Source: a bacterium (GTDB lineage Bacteria; SAR324; NAC60-12). From it: a DNA stretch of 64,000 nt. The translations under genes were made by a program, and so were the position numbers. The DNA is taken from contig OZ242383.1 in assembly GCA_965209155.1 (NCBI GenBank), positions 3,488,001 to 3,552,000 on the forward strand, given 5' to 3'. Shown here piece by piece: positions 1 through 11,261 of the stretch; position 1 is the stretch's first letter; every line of letters starts with the position of its first letter. The notes below the pieces were generated by a model, which ran no database searches, had not been told where the DNA came from, and was given only the letters and a program-made list of their open reading frames with translations.

Positions 1-1
1 G

Positions 2-145
2 ATTTTGAAACTCTACCAAGAGGGTAAATCAAAAGATGAGATGTTATCGGAACTTTATCCGGATATCGACCCAAGACTCCTTCAGGCAGCTTTTCATAAT
101 ATCGAATCCCACCTGATTAAACTGCAAGAAGACCGTTTGATTTAA
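2..145 (+). CDS. 3' end of a gene entering from the left, probably the C-terminal winged-helix of an MBL-fold metallo-hydrolase
   Basis: Manual translation from nt 2 gives ILKLYQEGKSKDEMLSELYPDIDPRLLQAAFHNIESHLIKLQEDRLI*, resembling LACTB2-like C-termini. Confidence 0.5.
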   Translation: MLKLYQEGKSKDEMLSELYPDIDPRLLQAAFHNIESHLIKLQEDRLI

Positions 146-156
146 TGGGAAAAGTA

Positions 157-768
157 TTAAAGCACATCGGAACTTTGTAGTATCGCAATTCCTGCCGATC
201 TCATTTCGTCCAATGCTTTATCCACATCACCTGGGTTGAGATTGACTCCGCGCGTGGCATCTATGATAACATGAGTTTGATATCCTAATGCTTGGGCATC
301 CAATGCTGTGAACTTGACGCAATAATCCGTCGCCAATCCCACTACAAATACATCTGAGACGTCTTTTTCCTTCAAATAAGAATCCAACCCGGTGGCACTT
401 TGGTGATCGTTGTCAAAAAATCCACTGTAGCTGTCCACGGATTGCTTCATCCCTTTTTGACACACCCAAGCAATTTTTTCTTTGTTCAATCCTGAGATAA
501 AAGCCGCTCCTTCCGAGCCCTGAACACAATGCGCAGGCCACAATATTTGTTCAATACCATGGAGAATGATGACTTCGCCGGGAATTTTATCATGATGGAT
601 TGCAAAACTCTCGTGGTCGGCGGGATGCCAGTCCTGCGTTGCCACGACTAAGTCAAATCCGGATTGTATTTGGTTGATCAAAGGAATGATTTGATCCCCA
701 TCCGGAACCGGCAAGGCGCCGCTGGGGGTGAAATCGTTTTGCAAATCTACTAGAATCAATGCCTGCAT
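157..768 (-). CDS. pncA: Nicotinamidase/pyrazinamidase
   Basis: VDLQNDF, QDWHP..H, WPAHC, YSGF and ATDYCV motifs; adjacent to pncB. Confidence 0.95.
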   Translation of the reverse strand: MQALILVDLQNDFTPSGALPVPDGDQIIPLINQIQSGFDLVVATQDWHPADHESFAIHHDKIPGEVIILHGIEQILWPAHCVQGSEGAAFISGLNKEKIAWVCQKGMKQSVDSYSGFFDNDHQSATGLDSYLKEKDVSDVFVVGLATDYCVKFTALDAQALGYQTHVIIDATRGVNLNPGDVDKALDEMRSAGIAILQSSDVL

Positions 769-786
769 ATGCTTTTTTTCTGGAGT

Positions 787-2259
787 TCAATGCCGAATAC
801 CGTTGCCCCGTATCCGAAGAATCAGTTGGGTCTTCAAATCAAAAAGGGATTTTTCAATTCCCACCGGATATTGATGGGGATTGACGAATCGCGCAATACC
901 GGGATGAAACTGACGTAATCCTTGCTGAGCCTTCTCTCTGATGTCTTGAATGCCAGGCATAGTATACACTTTTTTACCTTTTTTGAAAATCGGAATCAAA
1001 AGATCTTCGGATTGCATACCTGCCTGAATTTTGCTCTGTCGGGTCATATCCAAGGGGTCAACGATCGTGCATCCGTGGTTCAGGTTTGTTTGGATGTCGT
1101 ATATTACATCGGCTCTGTTTTCTTGATTCTTACGGTATCGTCGCACTTGTTGGATGCCGGGGGTGGTCACTTTCACAGCTTGTTCTGAGATTTTAACGCG
1201 ATGTTCCCATGCCTGACCGGGTTCTCGAGTTGCCGCAAGTTTATAGACCCCGTCCAAGGCGGGCTGGTCATAGGCAGTAGCCAGCTTCGTACCGACACCC
1301 CACATATCGATTTTTGCGTTTTGGCTCTTTAAGCTGGAAATGATGGTTTCGTCCAATTCATTGCTGACGACAATTTTTGTGTCATTAAAACCGTTTTCAT
1401 CCAGCATCTTCCTCGCTTCGATGCTCAGGTACGCCAAGTCTCCGGAATCCAGCCGGATGCCCATCAGGGGAAATCCATGAGACTTCAGCCAGTGTCCGGT
1501 TTTAATTGCATTCTTCACTCCTTGCAAAGAAGAGTATGTATCAACAATCAGTACGCAATTATTGGGCAAGGCTTCCGCATAAGTCTGGAATGCTTCAACT
1601 TCTCTTTTGAAGCTCATCACCCAACTATGGGCAATTGTACCCGCAACTGGAATGCCATATTTTTTACCTGCCAATACGTTGGAGGTCCCTGAGCAACCTC
1701 CGATAAATGAGGCACGACTGACCGTTAAACCACCGTCTATCCCTTGAGCCCGTCTCAATCCGAATTCCATAACCGGGTCACCCTTTGCAGCCAGACAGAT
1801 ACGTGCTGCTTTAGTGGCAATTAAAGTCTGAAAATTAATAATATTGAGTAAAATGGTTTCCAGAATCTGGCATTGCACGAGAGGTCCTTGCACGCGAACC
1901 AGGGGTTCGTAAGGAAAAACAACCGTTCCCTCGGGAATGGCATCGACATCACATTGGAAACGCAGGAATTTCAAATAGTTCAAAAAATCTTTTTGAAACA
2001 AGGCTTTCTCATCAACGCCTTTCAAAGAGGCTAAATAGTCGAAATCCTCCTTTTCAAAGCGTATATTTTCCAGAAATTCGATAACATTTTCTAAACCACA
2101 AACAATACCGAATCCGCCTTTGAAAGGAAGAGTTCTGAAAAATAAGTGGAAAACACTTTCTTTGGAAGCAATACCACTTTTCCAATAGCCATAAGCCATA
2201 GTCAGTTGATAGAGATCTGTCAGTAAAATAGAATAGGGAGAATATGGGGGAGTTGACAT
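787..2259 (-). CDS. pncB: Nicotinate phosphoribosyltransferase
   Basis: LLTDLYQLTM, EFGLRRAQG, GTIAHSW, DTY and IRLDSGDL motifs. Confidence 0.95.
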   Translation of the reverse strand: MSTPPYSPYSILLTDLYQLTMAYGYWKSGIASKESVFHLFFRTLPFKGGFGIVCGLENVIEFLENIRFEKEDFDYLASLKGVDEKALFQKDFLNYLKFLRFQCDVDAIPEGTVVFPYEPLVRVQGPLVQCQILETILLNIINFQTLIATKAARICLAAKGDPVMEFGLRRAQGIDGGLTVSRASFIGGCSGTSNVLAGKKYGIPVAGTIAHSWVMSFKREVEAFQTYAEALPNNCVLIVDTYSSLQGVKNAIKTGHWLKSHGFPLMGIRLDSGDLAYLSIEARKMLDENGFNDTKIVVSNELDETIISSLKSQNAKIDMWGVGTKLATAYDQPALDGVYKLAATREPGQAWEHRVKISEQAVKVTTPGIQQVRRYRKNQENRADVIYDIQTNLNHGCTIVDPLDMTRQSKIQAGMQSEDLLIPIFKKGKKVYTMPGIQDIREKAQQGLRQFHPGIARFVNPHQYPVGIEKSLFDLKTQLILRIRGNGIRH

Positions 2260-2320
2260 TACATTTTCTCAGGTCGAATGAGCACCATGGGATTGAATCT
2301 ATTGAAAAACAAGGAGAACC

Positions 2321-3778
2321 TCAAACTCGTTTCCAAAAGGAAGGATAAAACAGGATAATCACCGCAAATATTTCCAGTCTCCCCGCCAACATAGTGAATG
2401 AAAGGAACCATTTCCCCATCATGGAAATTTCGTTCAAATTTTTGCCAGGTCCCACCTCTCCAAAACCTGCACCAACATTCATAATTGTCGAAATAACGGC
2501 ACATATCGAATCGAAGTACCGCATACCTTCCAAATATGACAGTAAACCGCCCCCTACCATGATCCAGAGGATGTTGATAACAAAAAAACTGAGGACCAAT
2601 TCCACGACTTTCATATCGAGTGAGCGCCTATCGATACGGATTGGTCTCACTTCCAACGGCTGCATCATTTTTCTAATCGTCGCATGCAAATATTTCAAGA
2701 TAATCACATAATGAATGATTTTGATTCCACTGGTTGTCGAGCCTGATGAAGCACCTACGAACAAGGTGATAAAGAGGAACATTTGGGCCGAGTGAGGCCA
2801 CAACTCGTAGTTTACTGTCGTGAACCCGGTCGTCGTAAGCAAAGAAATGACTTGAAATGTCCCGTGACGGAGTGCATCTGTCAGAGAATATGCATTTTCC
2901 TGCCACAATGCCAAAGAAACGATGGCACAAAAAAACAATGTAATGCCCGTGTACCAACGAATCTCCGTATTGATTTTCACGGCCTGCCAATCCTTTTTTA
3001 GTATTTGAGTGTACAAAATAAAACTCGTTCCCCCCAGAAACATAAAGACAATGGTCACCCAATCGATATATGCACTGTCGTAGTATCCCAAACTTTTTTC
3101 GTGCAGCGTGTAACCGGCGGTTGCCACAGTGCCAAAGGCATGGCACAACACATTAAAAAAAGGCATCCCACCTCCCCAAAGCAACAAAACATTCAAAAAA
3201 ACTATTCCCGAATAAATTAAGCAAAGCCGGACTGCCATATTTTTCATCCGAAAATGGAATTTTTTCTGAGTGATGACTTGTCCCGGGTCTACTTCTGATG
3301 AATAAAATACCATTCCTCCAGATGACATTACCGGTAAGATAAAAATGGCAATCAAAAGAATTCCCATCCCTCCCAAAAAATGGCTGAAACTCCTCCAAAA
3401 AAGCAGACCACGCGGAAGGGATTCGATCTCTGTTAAAGTTGTCACTCCGGTCGTGGTGAAACCGGACATCATTTCAAAAAAGGCGTTAGTAAACGAGGGA
3501 ATGGAGCCATCGAACATAAAAGGGAGAGAGGAAATGATACAGACCAGAATCCATCCCAAGGAAATGATGATGAATCCATCCTTCACGCTCAATGCGGATT
3601 GCCTGCGAAAAAAACGACAGAAGAGTAACCCGAAAATGATGGCAATCACTGCGGAGATAAAGATTGACGAAGCGTCTCCATCACCATAGATCAAAGCAAC
3701 CAAAAAAGGAAAAACCATCATGCATCCTGTGAAGACGCTCAAGATCGCCAAACCGTTTATTATTGCAGCAAAATTCAT
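2321..3778 (-). CDS. trkH: TrkH family potassium uptake membrane protein
   Basis: Repeated pore motifs SGFTTTG, VATAG, LTTTGF and SGSTTSGIK; C-terminal GRLEI. Confidence 0.93.
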   Translation of the reverse strand: MNFAAIINGLAILSVFTGCMMVFPFLVALIYGDGDASSIFISAVIAIIFGLLFCRFFRRQSALSVKDGFIIISLGWILVCIISSLPFMFDGSIPSFTNAFFEMMSGFTTTGVTTLTEIESLPRGLLFWRSFSHFLGGMGILLIAIFILPVMSSGGMVFYSSEVDPGQVITQKKFHFRMKNMAVRLCLIYSGIVFLNVLLLWGGGMPFFNVLCHAFGTVATAGYTLHEKSLGYYDSAYIDWVTIVFMFLGGTSFILYTQILKKDWQAVKINTEIRWYTGITLFFCAIVSLALWQENAYSLTDALRHGTFQVISLLTTTGFTTVNYELWPHSAQMFLFITLFVGASSGSTTSGIKIIHYVIILKYLHATIRKMMQPLEVRPIRIDRRSLDMKVVELVLSFFVINILWIMVGGGLLSYLEGMRYFDSICAVISTIMNVGAGFGEVGPGKNLNEISMMGKWFLSFTMLAGRLEIFAVIILFYPSFWKRV

Positions 3779-4067
3779 TGAAATATTATTTCCGAATCAA
3801 CCAGGTCAGGAATGACCAACCAGGGGAACGTTCCTTTTTATATTCCATTGCAGTAAAGCCCTTATGAAAGGCTTTTTTATTGGAATCATATTCCTGTTTT
3901 TCACACAAGTTTTTTAGTCTTTCAGAATGGGAAGCGAATTTCTCGGGAAGGGTTTGATTTGAGCGATGATTTTTTATATCAAAGGATAATGTGTTAAACT
4001 GAACATCTCATCTTTTTCTTGCTGAGGAACAGTTGAAGCACTCTTAGAAATTTCTTTTGCAGCGTCA

Positions 4068-4137
4068 GTGTCATGCCGGACTTGATCCGGTATCCGGAAA
4101 GTCACACAGATTCCGAATCTTTGCCCGGAAGGACAAC
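4068..4137. repeat. REP-like palindromic element (GTCATGCCGGACTTGATCCGGTATCC family)
   Basis: Intergenic hairpin pair related to copies at ~29637, 42111-42236, 57640-57776 and 62466-62533. Confidence 0.6.
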
Positions 4138-4212
4138 CCTTTCGATTGTCGAACGTGCATCACAGTAAACGTATTATCGTCGTGCTGTATTCTTACTTTC
4201 AGGAAATGCAGA

Positions 4213-4857
4213 ATGAAACTGAAAAAATCAGCGTTGATTATTTGTAATGGAGCCCCACCTGCCAGAGCGTTGATGCAGCAGTTGTGGCGACAGGTAGAAA
4301 TAAAGATTTGTGCTGATGGCGGGGCTAATCATGCGATCGCGCACGGATTCCAACCAGATGTCGTGGTGGGAGACATGGATTCGATTCTACCTGAAACCCG
4401 GCAGCAACTTGCCCCCGAACAATTGATTCATATTGCGGATCAAAGCACCAATGATGGGGATAAAGCTTTGGCTTATTGCGTGATGCGTCAAATACGAGAA
4501 GTATACCTCTTAGGGGCGACTGGAAGGCGAAGTGATCAATTTTTAGCCAATATCGAGCTGCTCTATAAATACGACTCTCGTCTTAAAATTATTTTACGAA
4601 CAGAATTCGAACAGATTGAAGTGATTGCCGGTAAATGGCAGGGAAATTTCCCTCTCGGTTCCACCCTGTCGTTACATCCTTTATTTGGCGCCGTTCATGG
4701 AATCGCAACTACCGGTTTGGCTTGGCCTTTGAAACAACAAACATTGGAAATGGGAAGAGGTCCCATGGGTGTCTCAAACAAAACTACAGAATCTACTGTC
4801 CATATTACTCTAAGGGAAGGAAAACTTTTATTAATTGCGCAGGTCTCCTGCTCTTAA
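4213..4857 (+). CDS. thiN: Thiamine diphosphokinase
   Basis: ADGGANH, VVGDMDS, DQSTND, GATGRRSDQ and GVSN motifs; ATG 4213 preferred to the longer ORF start. Confidence 0.9.
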   Translation: MKLKKSALIICNGAPPARALMQQLWRQVEIKICADGGANHAIAHGFQPDVVVGDMDSILPETRQQLAPEQLIHIADQSTNDGDKALAYCVMRQIREVYLLGATGRRSDQFLANIELLYKYDSRLKIILRTEFEQIEVIAGKWQGNFPLGSTLSLHPLFGAVHGIATTGLAWPLKQQTLEMGRGPMGVSNKTTESTVHITLREGKLLLIAQVSCS

Positions 4858-4886
4858 TCTGATTTTTTTTAAAAAAGAGAAATTAC

Positions 4887-4940
4887 TTGACAGAATTTTT
4901 TCCAATAATATAATTAGCACTCATAGCAAGCGAGTGCTAA
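4887..4940 (+). promoter_or_regulatory. Sigma70-type promoter plus perfect CIRCE (HrcA operator)
   Basis: TTGACA 4887-4892, TATAAT 4909-4914; TTAGCACTC-N9-GAGTGCTAA at 4914-4940 directly upstream of hrcA. Confidence 0.95.
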
Positions 4941-4955
4941 TACTACAGAGAGAAG

Positions 4956-6080
4956 ATGGAAAACGAAAAAAGCAGTCGCAAGATTGGTGAGAGAGGGGAT
5001 TCTATGAAAAATTCAGGACAAATCTCGCAGCAAAGTTTGCCGGAAATAGACGATCGAACCCAAAAAGTTTTAATGGGGATCATTGACAGCTATATTCAGC
5101 ACACCGAACCTGTAGGTTCACGCACGCTATCCAAGACACTGGATGTTGAATTATCACCGGCAACCATTCGTAACATCATGGTCGATTTATCAGATATGGG
5201 TTATTTGAAACAAACCCACACATCGGCCGGCCGGATTCCAACAGATAAAGCGTATCGATTTTATGTAGATTCGTTGGTGGTCGCCAATAATCTACCTAAA
5301 AGTATACAGACGAAGCTCAATGAAGTTTCCAGCCACAGTGGCCCTCAAGTGGAGCAGTTGTTAGTCAACACCACACGGGTTTTAGCGAATTTGACGGAAT
5401 TTATTTGTGTGGTCTCTGCTCCGAAAGCGGAAGCAAGTCTCCTTCAACGTATCGAATTCATCAAGGTCAACTCCCGTGAAATTCTAGTCATTCTGATCAC
5501 CAAATCGGGTTTGGTTCGCAATAAAATCATCGAATCAACCGAAGGATTGTCACAAGGATTTCTCAATTCAGTGGCGCAATTCCTCAATGAACAATTTCAA
5601 AACTCATCACTGCTGGAGATCCGCAACAAAATCCTGGAAAGCATGTTGGAGGATAAGGAACGATACGACACTTTGCTGGCTCAGGCGGTACGCTTAGGTA
5701 AAAAGGCATTTGAACTCGACACGCCGCCAGAGTTATATATGGAAGGACAAATTGATTTGCTGATGAACACGAAATTCAAGAAGCAAGAGACCATCAAGAT
5801 TCTCCTGGAGGCTTTTGAGGAAAAAAATACCATCATGGAAATCGTCGACAACACGCTGGCAGCCGACCGGATTCAGATTTTTATCGGGGTGGAAAACAAA
5901 TACCAGGGATTGCAGGAATATTCAATGATTACTGCAGGGTATGGTTTAAAAAATAATGTTTTAGGGATGGTAGGGGTGGTCGGCCCAACCAGTATGGACT
6001 ATCAGCGCATCATCCCTGTCGTCGACTATACTGCAAAAATCATATCAGCATCCCTTTCAGAACACGCCCAAATTGAATAA
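4956..6080 (+). CDS. hrcA: Heat-inducible transcription repressor HrcA (alternative start 5004)
   Basis: EPVGSRTL, SPATIRNIM, HTSAGRIPT and GPTSMDY motifs; preceded by CIRCE. Confidence 0.96.
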   Translation: MENEKSSRKIGERGDSMKNSGQISQQSLPEIDDRTQKVLMGIIDSYIQHTEPVGSRTLSKTLDVELSPATIRNIMVDLSDMGYLKQTHTSAGRIPTDKAYRFYVDSLVVANNLPKSIQTKLNEVSSHSGPQVEQLLVNTTRVLANLTEFICVVSAPKAEASLLQRIEFIKVNSREILVILITKSGLVRNKIIESTEGLSQGFLNSVAQFLNEQFQNSSLLEIRNKILESMLEDKERYDTLLAQAVRLGKKAFELDTPPELYMEGQIDLLMNTKFKKQETIKILLEAFEEKNTIMEIVDNTLAADRIQIFIGVENKYQGLQEYSMITAGYGLKNNVLGMVGVVGPTSMDYQRIIPVVDYTAKIISASLSEHAQIE

Positions 6081-6126
6081 CTAATATAACCTGCAAAAAG
6101 CAGTCATTCAACAATGTGTTAAATTT

Positions 6127-6879
6127 ATGGCAAGTGAAAATCGTAAAGACGTTAAGGAAAAAACTCTAAATATGTCGGAAGTTTCAGCAAACAATTTATC
6201 TTCAACAGAAAGTTCTCTCGAAGAGAAATCTCCAAGCGAAGAAAACGACAATTCGGAATCTCAGGATGAGAAACAAGCGGATCAACAAAAAGATTCTGAT
6301 GCAAATGGAACGGAAGCGCAAAAAGAGACTGGTGAAACAATTGCGGCCGAATCAGCCAAAGTTGACGAAATACCTTCGGAAGTCAAAACGAAGGAAGAGC
6401 TGAAGCAGGCTCAGCAACAAATTGAATCACTAAAAGATCGTTTGTTACGCACAAACGCAGAATTCGAAAATTTCAAGAAACGTACGGCTAAAGAGAATGT
6501 GGAACGATTTAAATATTACCACCTGGGATTGGTAAAAGAATTACTGCCGGCTTTGGACAGTTTGGAAAGGGCCATAGAGCATGGAAAAGAAGAAAATACA
6601 ACTGTTGAAGTAATGCTGGAAGGCATTCAGATGGTTCTTAAGCTTATTCAAGAAGCACTTAAGAAATTTTCAGTGTCTGAAATAAGTGCAATAGGAGAAC
6701 CATTTGATCCTACTGTTCATCAAGCAGTAGGGACGGTTGAATCAGACACGGTTCCGAAAGATCACGTAGTCGATCAATTCCAGGTTGGATATCTGCTCCA
6801 TGACCGAGTGATTCGACCTGCGATGGTTCGTGTTTCAAAAAATAATATTAATGGAGGCGCCGAACATGACGCCGAGTGA
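6127..6879 (+). CDS. grpE: Nucleotide exchange factor GrpE
   Basis: AEFENFKKR, FDPTVHQA and GYLLHDRVIRPAMV motifs. Confidence 0.96.
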   Translation: MASENRKDVKEKTLNMSEVSANNLSSTESSLEEKSPSEENDNSESQDEKQADQQKDSDANGTEAQKETGETIAAESAKVDEIPSEVKTKEELKQAQQQIESLKDRLLRTNAEFENFKKRTAKENVERFKYYHLGLVKELLPALDSLERAIEHGKEENTTVEVMLEGIQMVLKLIQEALKKFSVSEISAIGEPFDPTVHQAVGTVESDTVPKDHVVDQFQVGYLLHDRVIRPAMVRVSKNNINGGAEHDAE

Positions 6880-6899
6880 AATAAGATAAGGAGCGATAT

Positions 6900-8825
6900 A
6901 TGGGAAAAGTTATTGGAATTGATTTAGGAACGACGAACTCTTGCGTGGCTGTTATGGAAGGGGGTGATCCCAAAGTCATTCAGAATGCCGAAGGAACACG
7001 CACCACTCCATCCATGATTGCATTCAATGATTCCGGTGAACGCCTCAGTGGTCAAATTGCCAAACGACAAGCGGTCACCAATCCCAGCCGAACTATATTT
7101 TCTATCAAACGATTGATGGGGCAAAAAATGGCGGCTGAAGAAGTAAAACGTCTGGAAGCAGTGGCTCCGTATAAAGTGACGGAAGGGGCTTCCAGTCTCG
7201 CTTATGTGGAAATCGACGGGAAAAAATACTCACCTCCCGAAATTTCCGGCTTCGTCCTGCAAAAAATGAAACAGACAGCAGAGGACTATTTGGGAGAAGA
7301 AGTGACGGATGCCGTCGTTACGGTACCTGCATATTTCAATGACAGTCAGCGACAGGCCACCAAAGATGCAGGTAAAATTGCGGGATTGAATGTTCTGAGG
7401 ATTATCAACGAACCCACTGCTGCTTCACTCGCATATGGCCTGGACAAGAAAAGCGATGAAAAAATCGCAGTTTTTGATTTGGGAGGAGGAACGTTTGATA
7501 TTTCCATTCTTGAAATTGGAGATGGGGTCTTTGAAGTGAAAGCAACCAATGGAGACACCTTTTTAGGAGGTGATGACTTTGACAACCGTTTGATCAATTT
7601 CCTTGCAGACGAATTCAAAAAAGAACAAGGGATTGATCTGAGACAAGACAAAATGGCACTTCAACGATTGAAAGAAGCAGCTGAAAAAGCCAAGCACGAA
7701 CTCTCATCCAGTATGGAAACGGATGTCAATCTACCCTTTATCACTGCCGATGCTGCAGGTCCGAAACATTTAAACCTCAAAATCTCCCGTGCCAGGTTTG
7801 AACAGTTGGTCGAAGAATTGACGCAACGTTGCCTGGAACCTTGTAAAAAAGCCTTGCAAGATGCGAAATGCACAGCCAGTGATATCGATGAAGTGATCCT
7901 GGTTGGAGGGATGACCCGCATGCCACGTATACAGACAATAGTCAAAGACTTCTTTGGCAAGGAACCTCATAAAGGAGTCAATCCGGATGAAGTGGTTGCC
8001 ATTGGCGCTGCCATTCAAGGCGGGGTTCTCAGGGGAGACGTGAAAGACGTCTTGTTGTTGGACGTGACACCGCTTTCCCTTGGAATTGAAACCCTGGGGG
8101 GGGTGATGACTAAACTTATTGAACGCAACACGACCATTCCTACCCGTAAAAGCCAGACTTTTTCCACTGCGGCAGACAATCAGCCTGCAGTGAGTATTCA
8201 CGTATTGCAGGGAGAGCGTGAAATGGCTGTTGGTAATAAGACCCTCGGACGATTTGAATTGGTCGGGATCCCTCCGGCGCCTCGAGGAGTCCCCCAGATT
8301 GAAGTCACCTTCGACATCGATGCAAACGGTATCGTACATGTCAATGCTAAAGACCTGGGAACTGGTAAAGAACAACAAATCAAAATCACCACTTCCAGTG
8401 GGCTTTCAGAAGAAGAAGTCGAAAAAATGGTTCGAGAAGCCGAGCAATATGCGGAAGATGATAAAAAGCAACGTGAAAAGGTTGAAACGAACAATGAAGC
8501 GGAATCGTTGATCTACAATACGGAAAAATCTCTCAGTGAAGTGGGCGATAAAATTACGCAGGAGGACAAAGCTAAAATCCAGGCCGCCATAGAACAATTG
8601 AAAAAAGATGTGGAAGGAGGGAATCTGGACTCCATCAAAGCCAGCATCACTTCCCTGGCGGAAGCCTCTCATAAATTAGCGGAGGTCCTCTATGCCCAAT
8701 CTGCCCAACAACAAGCGGACGCGAGTCAGGAAACGACTTCGACTGAGAGTTCCCCTGGTTCTGAGAAGCGGGATGATGACGACAATGTGGTTGATGCCGA
8801 CTTTGAGGAAATCAAGAAAGACTAA
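6900..8825 (+). CDS. dnaK: Chaperone DnaK
   Basis: GIDLGTTNS and DLGGGTFD motifs; full-length Hsp70. Confidence 0.99.
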   Translation: MGKVIGIDLGTTNSCVAVMEGGDPKVIQNAEGTRTTPSMIAFNDSGERLSGQIAKRQAVTNPSRTIFSIKRLMGQKMAAEEVKRLEAVAPYKVTEGASSLAYVEIDGKKYSPPEISGFVLQKMKQTAEDYLGEEVTDAVVTVPAYFNDSQRQATKDAGKIAGLNVLRIINEPTAASLAYGLDKKSDEKIAVFDLGGGTFDISILEIGDGVFEVKATNGDTFLGGDDFDNRLINFLADEFKKEQGIDLRQDKMALQRLKEAAEKAKHELSSSMETDVNLPFITADAAGPKHLNLKISRARFEQLVEELTQRCLEPCKKALQDAKCTASDIDEVILVGGMTRMPRIQTIVKDFFGKEPHKGVNPDEVVAIGAAIQGGVLRGDVKDVLLLDVTPLSLGIETLGGVMTKLIERNTTIPTRKSQTFSTAADNQPAVSIHVLQGEREMAVGNKTLGRFELVGIPPAPRGVPQIEVTFDIDANGIVHVNAKDLGTGKEQQIKITTSSGLSEEEVEKMVREAEQYAEDDKKQREKVETNNEAESLIYNTEKSLSEVGDKITQEDKAKIQAAIEQLKKDVEGGNLDSIKASITSLAEASHKLAEVLYAQSAQQQADASQETTSTESSPGSEKRDDDDNVVDADFEEIKKD

Positions 8826-8848
8826 CAAATCAGTAAGAGAGAAGTCCT

Positions 8849-9973
8849 TTGGCAAAACGCGATTATTATGAGGTTCTTGGTGTTTCCAAATCGGCATCTG
8901 ACGATGATTTAAAAAAAGCCTATCGCAAAGTTGCATTAAAATACCACCCCGATCGTAACCCTGGAGACAAAAAAGCGGAAGAAAGATTCAAGGAAGCGAC
9001 TGAAGCATATGAAGTACTCAGCCACGCCGAAAAAAGAGCCCGTTATGACCGTTTTGGGCATGCAGGCGTGGGACAGGGTTCCGAAGGGGTGGGAGATCCT
9101 TTTTCAGGATTCGGGAGTGGTGGTTTAGGAGATGTGTTTGATGATATTTTCGGTCAATTCTTTGGAGGATCATCTCGCAGCGGCGCTTCCCGCAGAGCGC
9201 AGCGTGGTGCGGATCTGCAATATAATCTGGAAATTTCATTTGAACAAGCCGCTTTCGGACACAGCGCGGACCTCGATATTCCGCGTCTGGAAACCTGTGG
9301 ACAATGCGGGGGACTGGGAGCCCGTTCCGCAAAGGATATCGAAATTTGTGGTGTCTGTCAGGGAACAGGGCAACAAAATATCCAGCAAGGTTTTTTCAGC
9401 GTGGCCACCACTTGCAATCGCTGTCATGGAGAAGGAAAAATTATCAGACGACCCTGCCTCACGTGTCAAGGAAGTACTCGTGTCAGAAAGACCAAATCTT
9501 TGCGTGTCAATATTCCTGCAGGGGTCGACAACGGATCCCGTATCAAATTATCTGGCGAAGGGGAACAAGGCCCGCAAGGTGGACCTGCGGGTGATCTGCA
9601 CGTCGTGCTGCACGTCCAGGATCATCCTATTTTTGAAAGGGTTGATAGCGATCTCTATTGTGAAGTACCGATCAGTTTCAGCAAAGCAGCGCTGGGAACG
9701 GAAATTGAAGTTCCCACCTTGGAGGGAGCTGCACGACTGAAAATTCCCTCGGGATCACAAACTCACAGAGTTTTTCGTCTACGCAACAAAGGCATTGTCC
9801 ATCTGAGAACAAACAAAAGGGGAGACTTGCATGTCCGAATCGTCGTCGAGACCCCCACCAATCTGACATCTAAACAGAAAGATCTGTTAGAAGAATTCGA
9901 AAAAATTTCCAATGAACAAAGCCATCCCTTGCATACAAAATTCGTAGACAAAATCAAAGAATTGTTTTCCTGA
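8849..9973 (+). CDS. dnaJ: Chaperone DnaJ (TTG start)
   Basis: J domain with HPD, G/F region, four CxxCxGxG-type repeats. Confidence 0.98.
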   Translation: MAKRDYYEVLGVSKSASDDDLKKAYRKVALKYHPDRNPGDKKAEERFKEATEAYEVLSHAEKRARYDRFGHAGVGQGSEGVGDPFSGFGSGGLGDVFDDIFGQFFGGSSRSGASRRAQRGADLQYNLEISFEQAAFGHSADLDIPRLETCGQCGGLGARSAKDIEICGVCQGTGQQNIQQGFFSVATTCNRCHGEGKIIRRPCLTCQGSTRVRKTKSLRVNIPAGVDNGSRIKLSGEGEQGPQGGPAGDLHVVLHVQDHPIFERVDSDLYCEVPISFSKAALGTEIEVPTLEGAARLKIPSGSQTHRVFRLRNKGIVHLRTNKRGDLHVRIVVETPTNLTSKQKDLLEEFEKISNEQSHPLHTKFVDKIKELFS

Positions 9974-10081
9974 CCCTTGCTATCAATCAGGTTTTTCACT
10001 ACTTCGCTGGATCACGCCTTTTGTATATCAGCTGAACACGAGAAATTCATCCGGCAAAGCTATTGCCATGAAAGTCCATTT

Positions 10082-11242
10082 ATGACTCATTCCGACAATG
10101 TCCATCTTCTGCAATTGGAAGACAAGGAAGTGCTTCTCATAGGCACTGCCCATATTTCCCGGAAAAGTACCGAGGAAGTCACGCAGGTAATCGAGCAGGA
10201 ACTGCCTGAGACGGTATGCGTGGAACTGTGCAATTCCCGGTACGAAGCCCTTTCCGGCAAAGACCGCTGGAAAAACATGGACATTTTTAAAGTCATCCGG
10301 GAGAAAAAATCATTTCTACTCTTAGCCAATATCATTCTGGCATCATTTCAAAAAAGATTGGGTAGCAAACTTGGCATTCAACCAGGTCGGGAAATGATTG
10401 CCGCCATTGATTCCGCAAAAGACATTCAGGCAACCGTCGTGTTGGCAGACCGAGATGTGCAAACCACCTTTCAGAAAACCTGGCGCATGCTCCCACTTCG
10501 CGAAAAAGTCAAAGTGCTGATGCAGATGATCATGAGTGTTTTTGTCTCCGAGGAAATCAGTCAAGACGAAATCGAAAATATGAAAACTCAGGATGTATTG
10601 ACAGAAACGATGGAACTCTTTTCTCGTCAATCACCGATGATGAAAAAAATTCTCATTGATGAACGAGATCAATATCTTGCTGAAAAAATCAGAACGGCGC
10701 CTGGGAAGAAAATAATCGCGGTAGTAGGCGCCGGGCATGTACATGGAATAAAAAGAGAAATTTACCATTCACATGACTTGCATGGTTTGGAGAATGTACC
10801 ACCTCCCGCCCAATGGGGAAGGTGGCTGAAATGGGGCATTCCCGCATTGATTATTGCTCTGATTTCCTATGGTTTTTTTCTCGCAGATTGGGATGTTGGT
10901 ATTGAAATGGTAAAACGATGGTTTTTGATAAATGGCTTTTTTTCAGCACTTGGAGTAATTCTGGCAGCCGGTCATCCCCTGACCATCCTCACTGCTTTCA
11001 TTGCTGCTCCTTTCACGTCGCTCAATCCGACTATTGCTGCTGGATGGATCGCAGGATTGGTTGAAGCGTTTGTGCGCAAACCGCAAGTTCAGGATTTTGA
11101 AAACCTTATTGACGATATCACCCACATTTCTGGTTTCTGGAGAAACAAAGTCACTCGTATTCTCCTCATTGTCGTATTTGCCAACGTCGGCAGTATGGCA
11201 GGTACTTTCATTGGGGGTGGGGCCATCATCGAATTGTTATAA
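10082..11242 (+). CDS. TraB/GumN (pheromone shutdown-like) family protein
   Basis: IGTAHIS, VCVELC, LIDERD and AVVGAGH motifs plus C-terminal TM helices; ATG 10082 preferred. Confidence 0.88.
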   Translation: MTHSDNVHLLQLEDKEVLLIGTAHISRKSTEEVTQVIEQELPETVCVELCNSRYEALSGKDRWKNMDIFKVIREKKSFLLLANIILASFQKRLGSKLGIQPGREMIAAIDSAKDIQATVVLADRDVQTTFQKTWRMLPLREKVKVLMQMIMSVFVSEEISQDEIENMKTQDVLTETMELFSRQSPMMKKILIDERDQYLAEKIRTAPGKKIIAVVGAGHVHGIKREIYHSHDLHGLENVPPPAQWGRWLKWGIPALIIALISYGFFLADWDVGIEMVKRWFLINGFFSALGVILAAGHPLTILTAFIAAPFTSLNPTIAAGWIAGLVEAFVRKPQVQDFENLIDDITHISGFWRNKVTRILLIVVFANVGSMAGTFIGGGAIIELL

Positions 11243-11261
11243 TATTTCCAGGAGAGCATGG

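Noticed and set aside
3779..4212. Riboswitch (TPP before thiN, or c-di-AMP before trkH)
   Set aside because: Only an isolated GCTGAG and an AAAGCC/GGCTTT hairpin; the conserved cores were not recognisable by eye. An Rfam scan would settle it.
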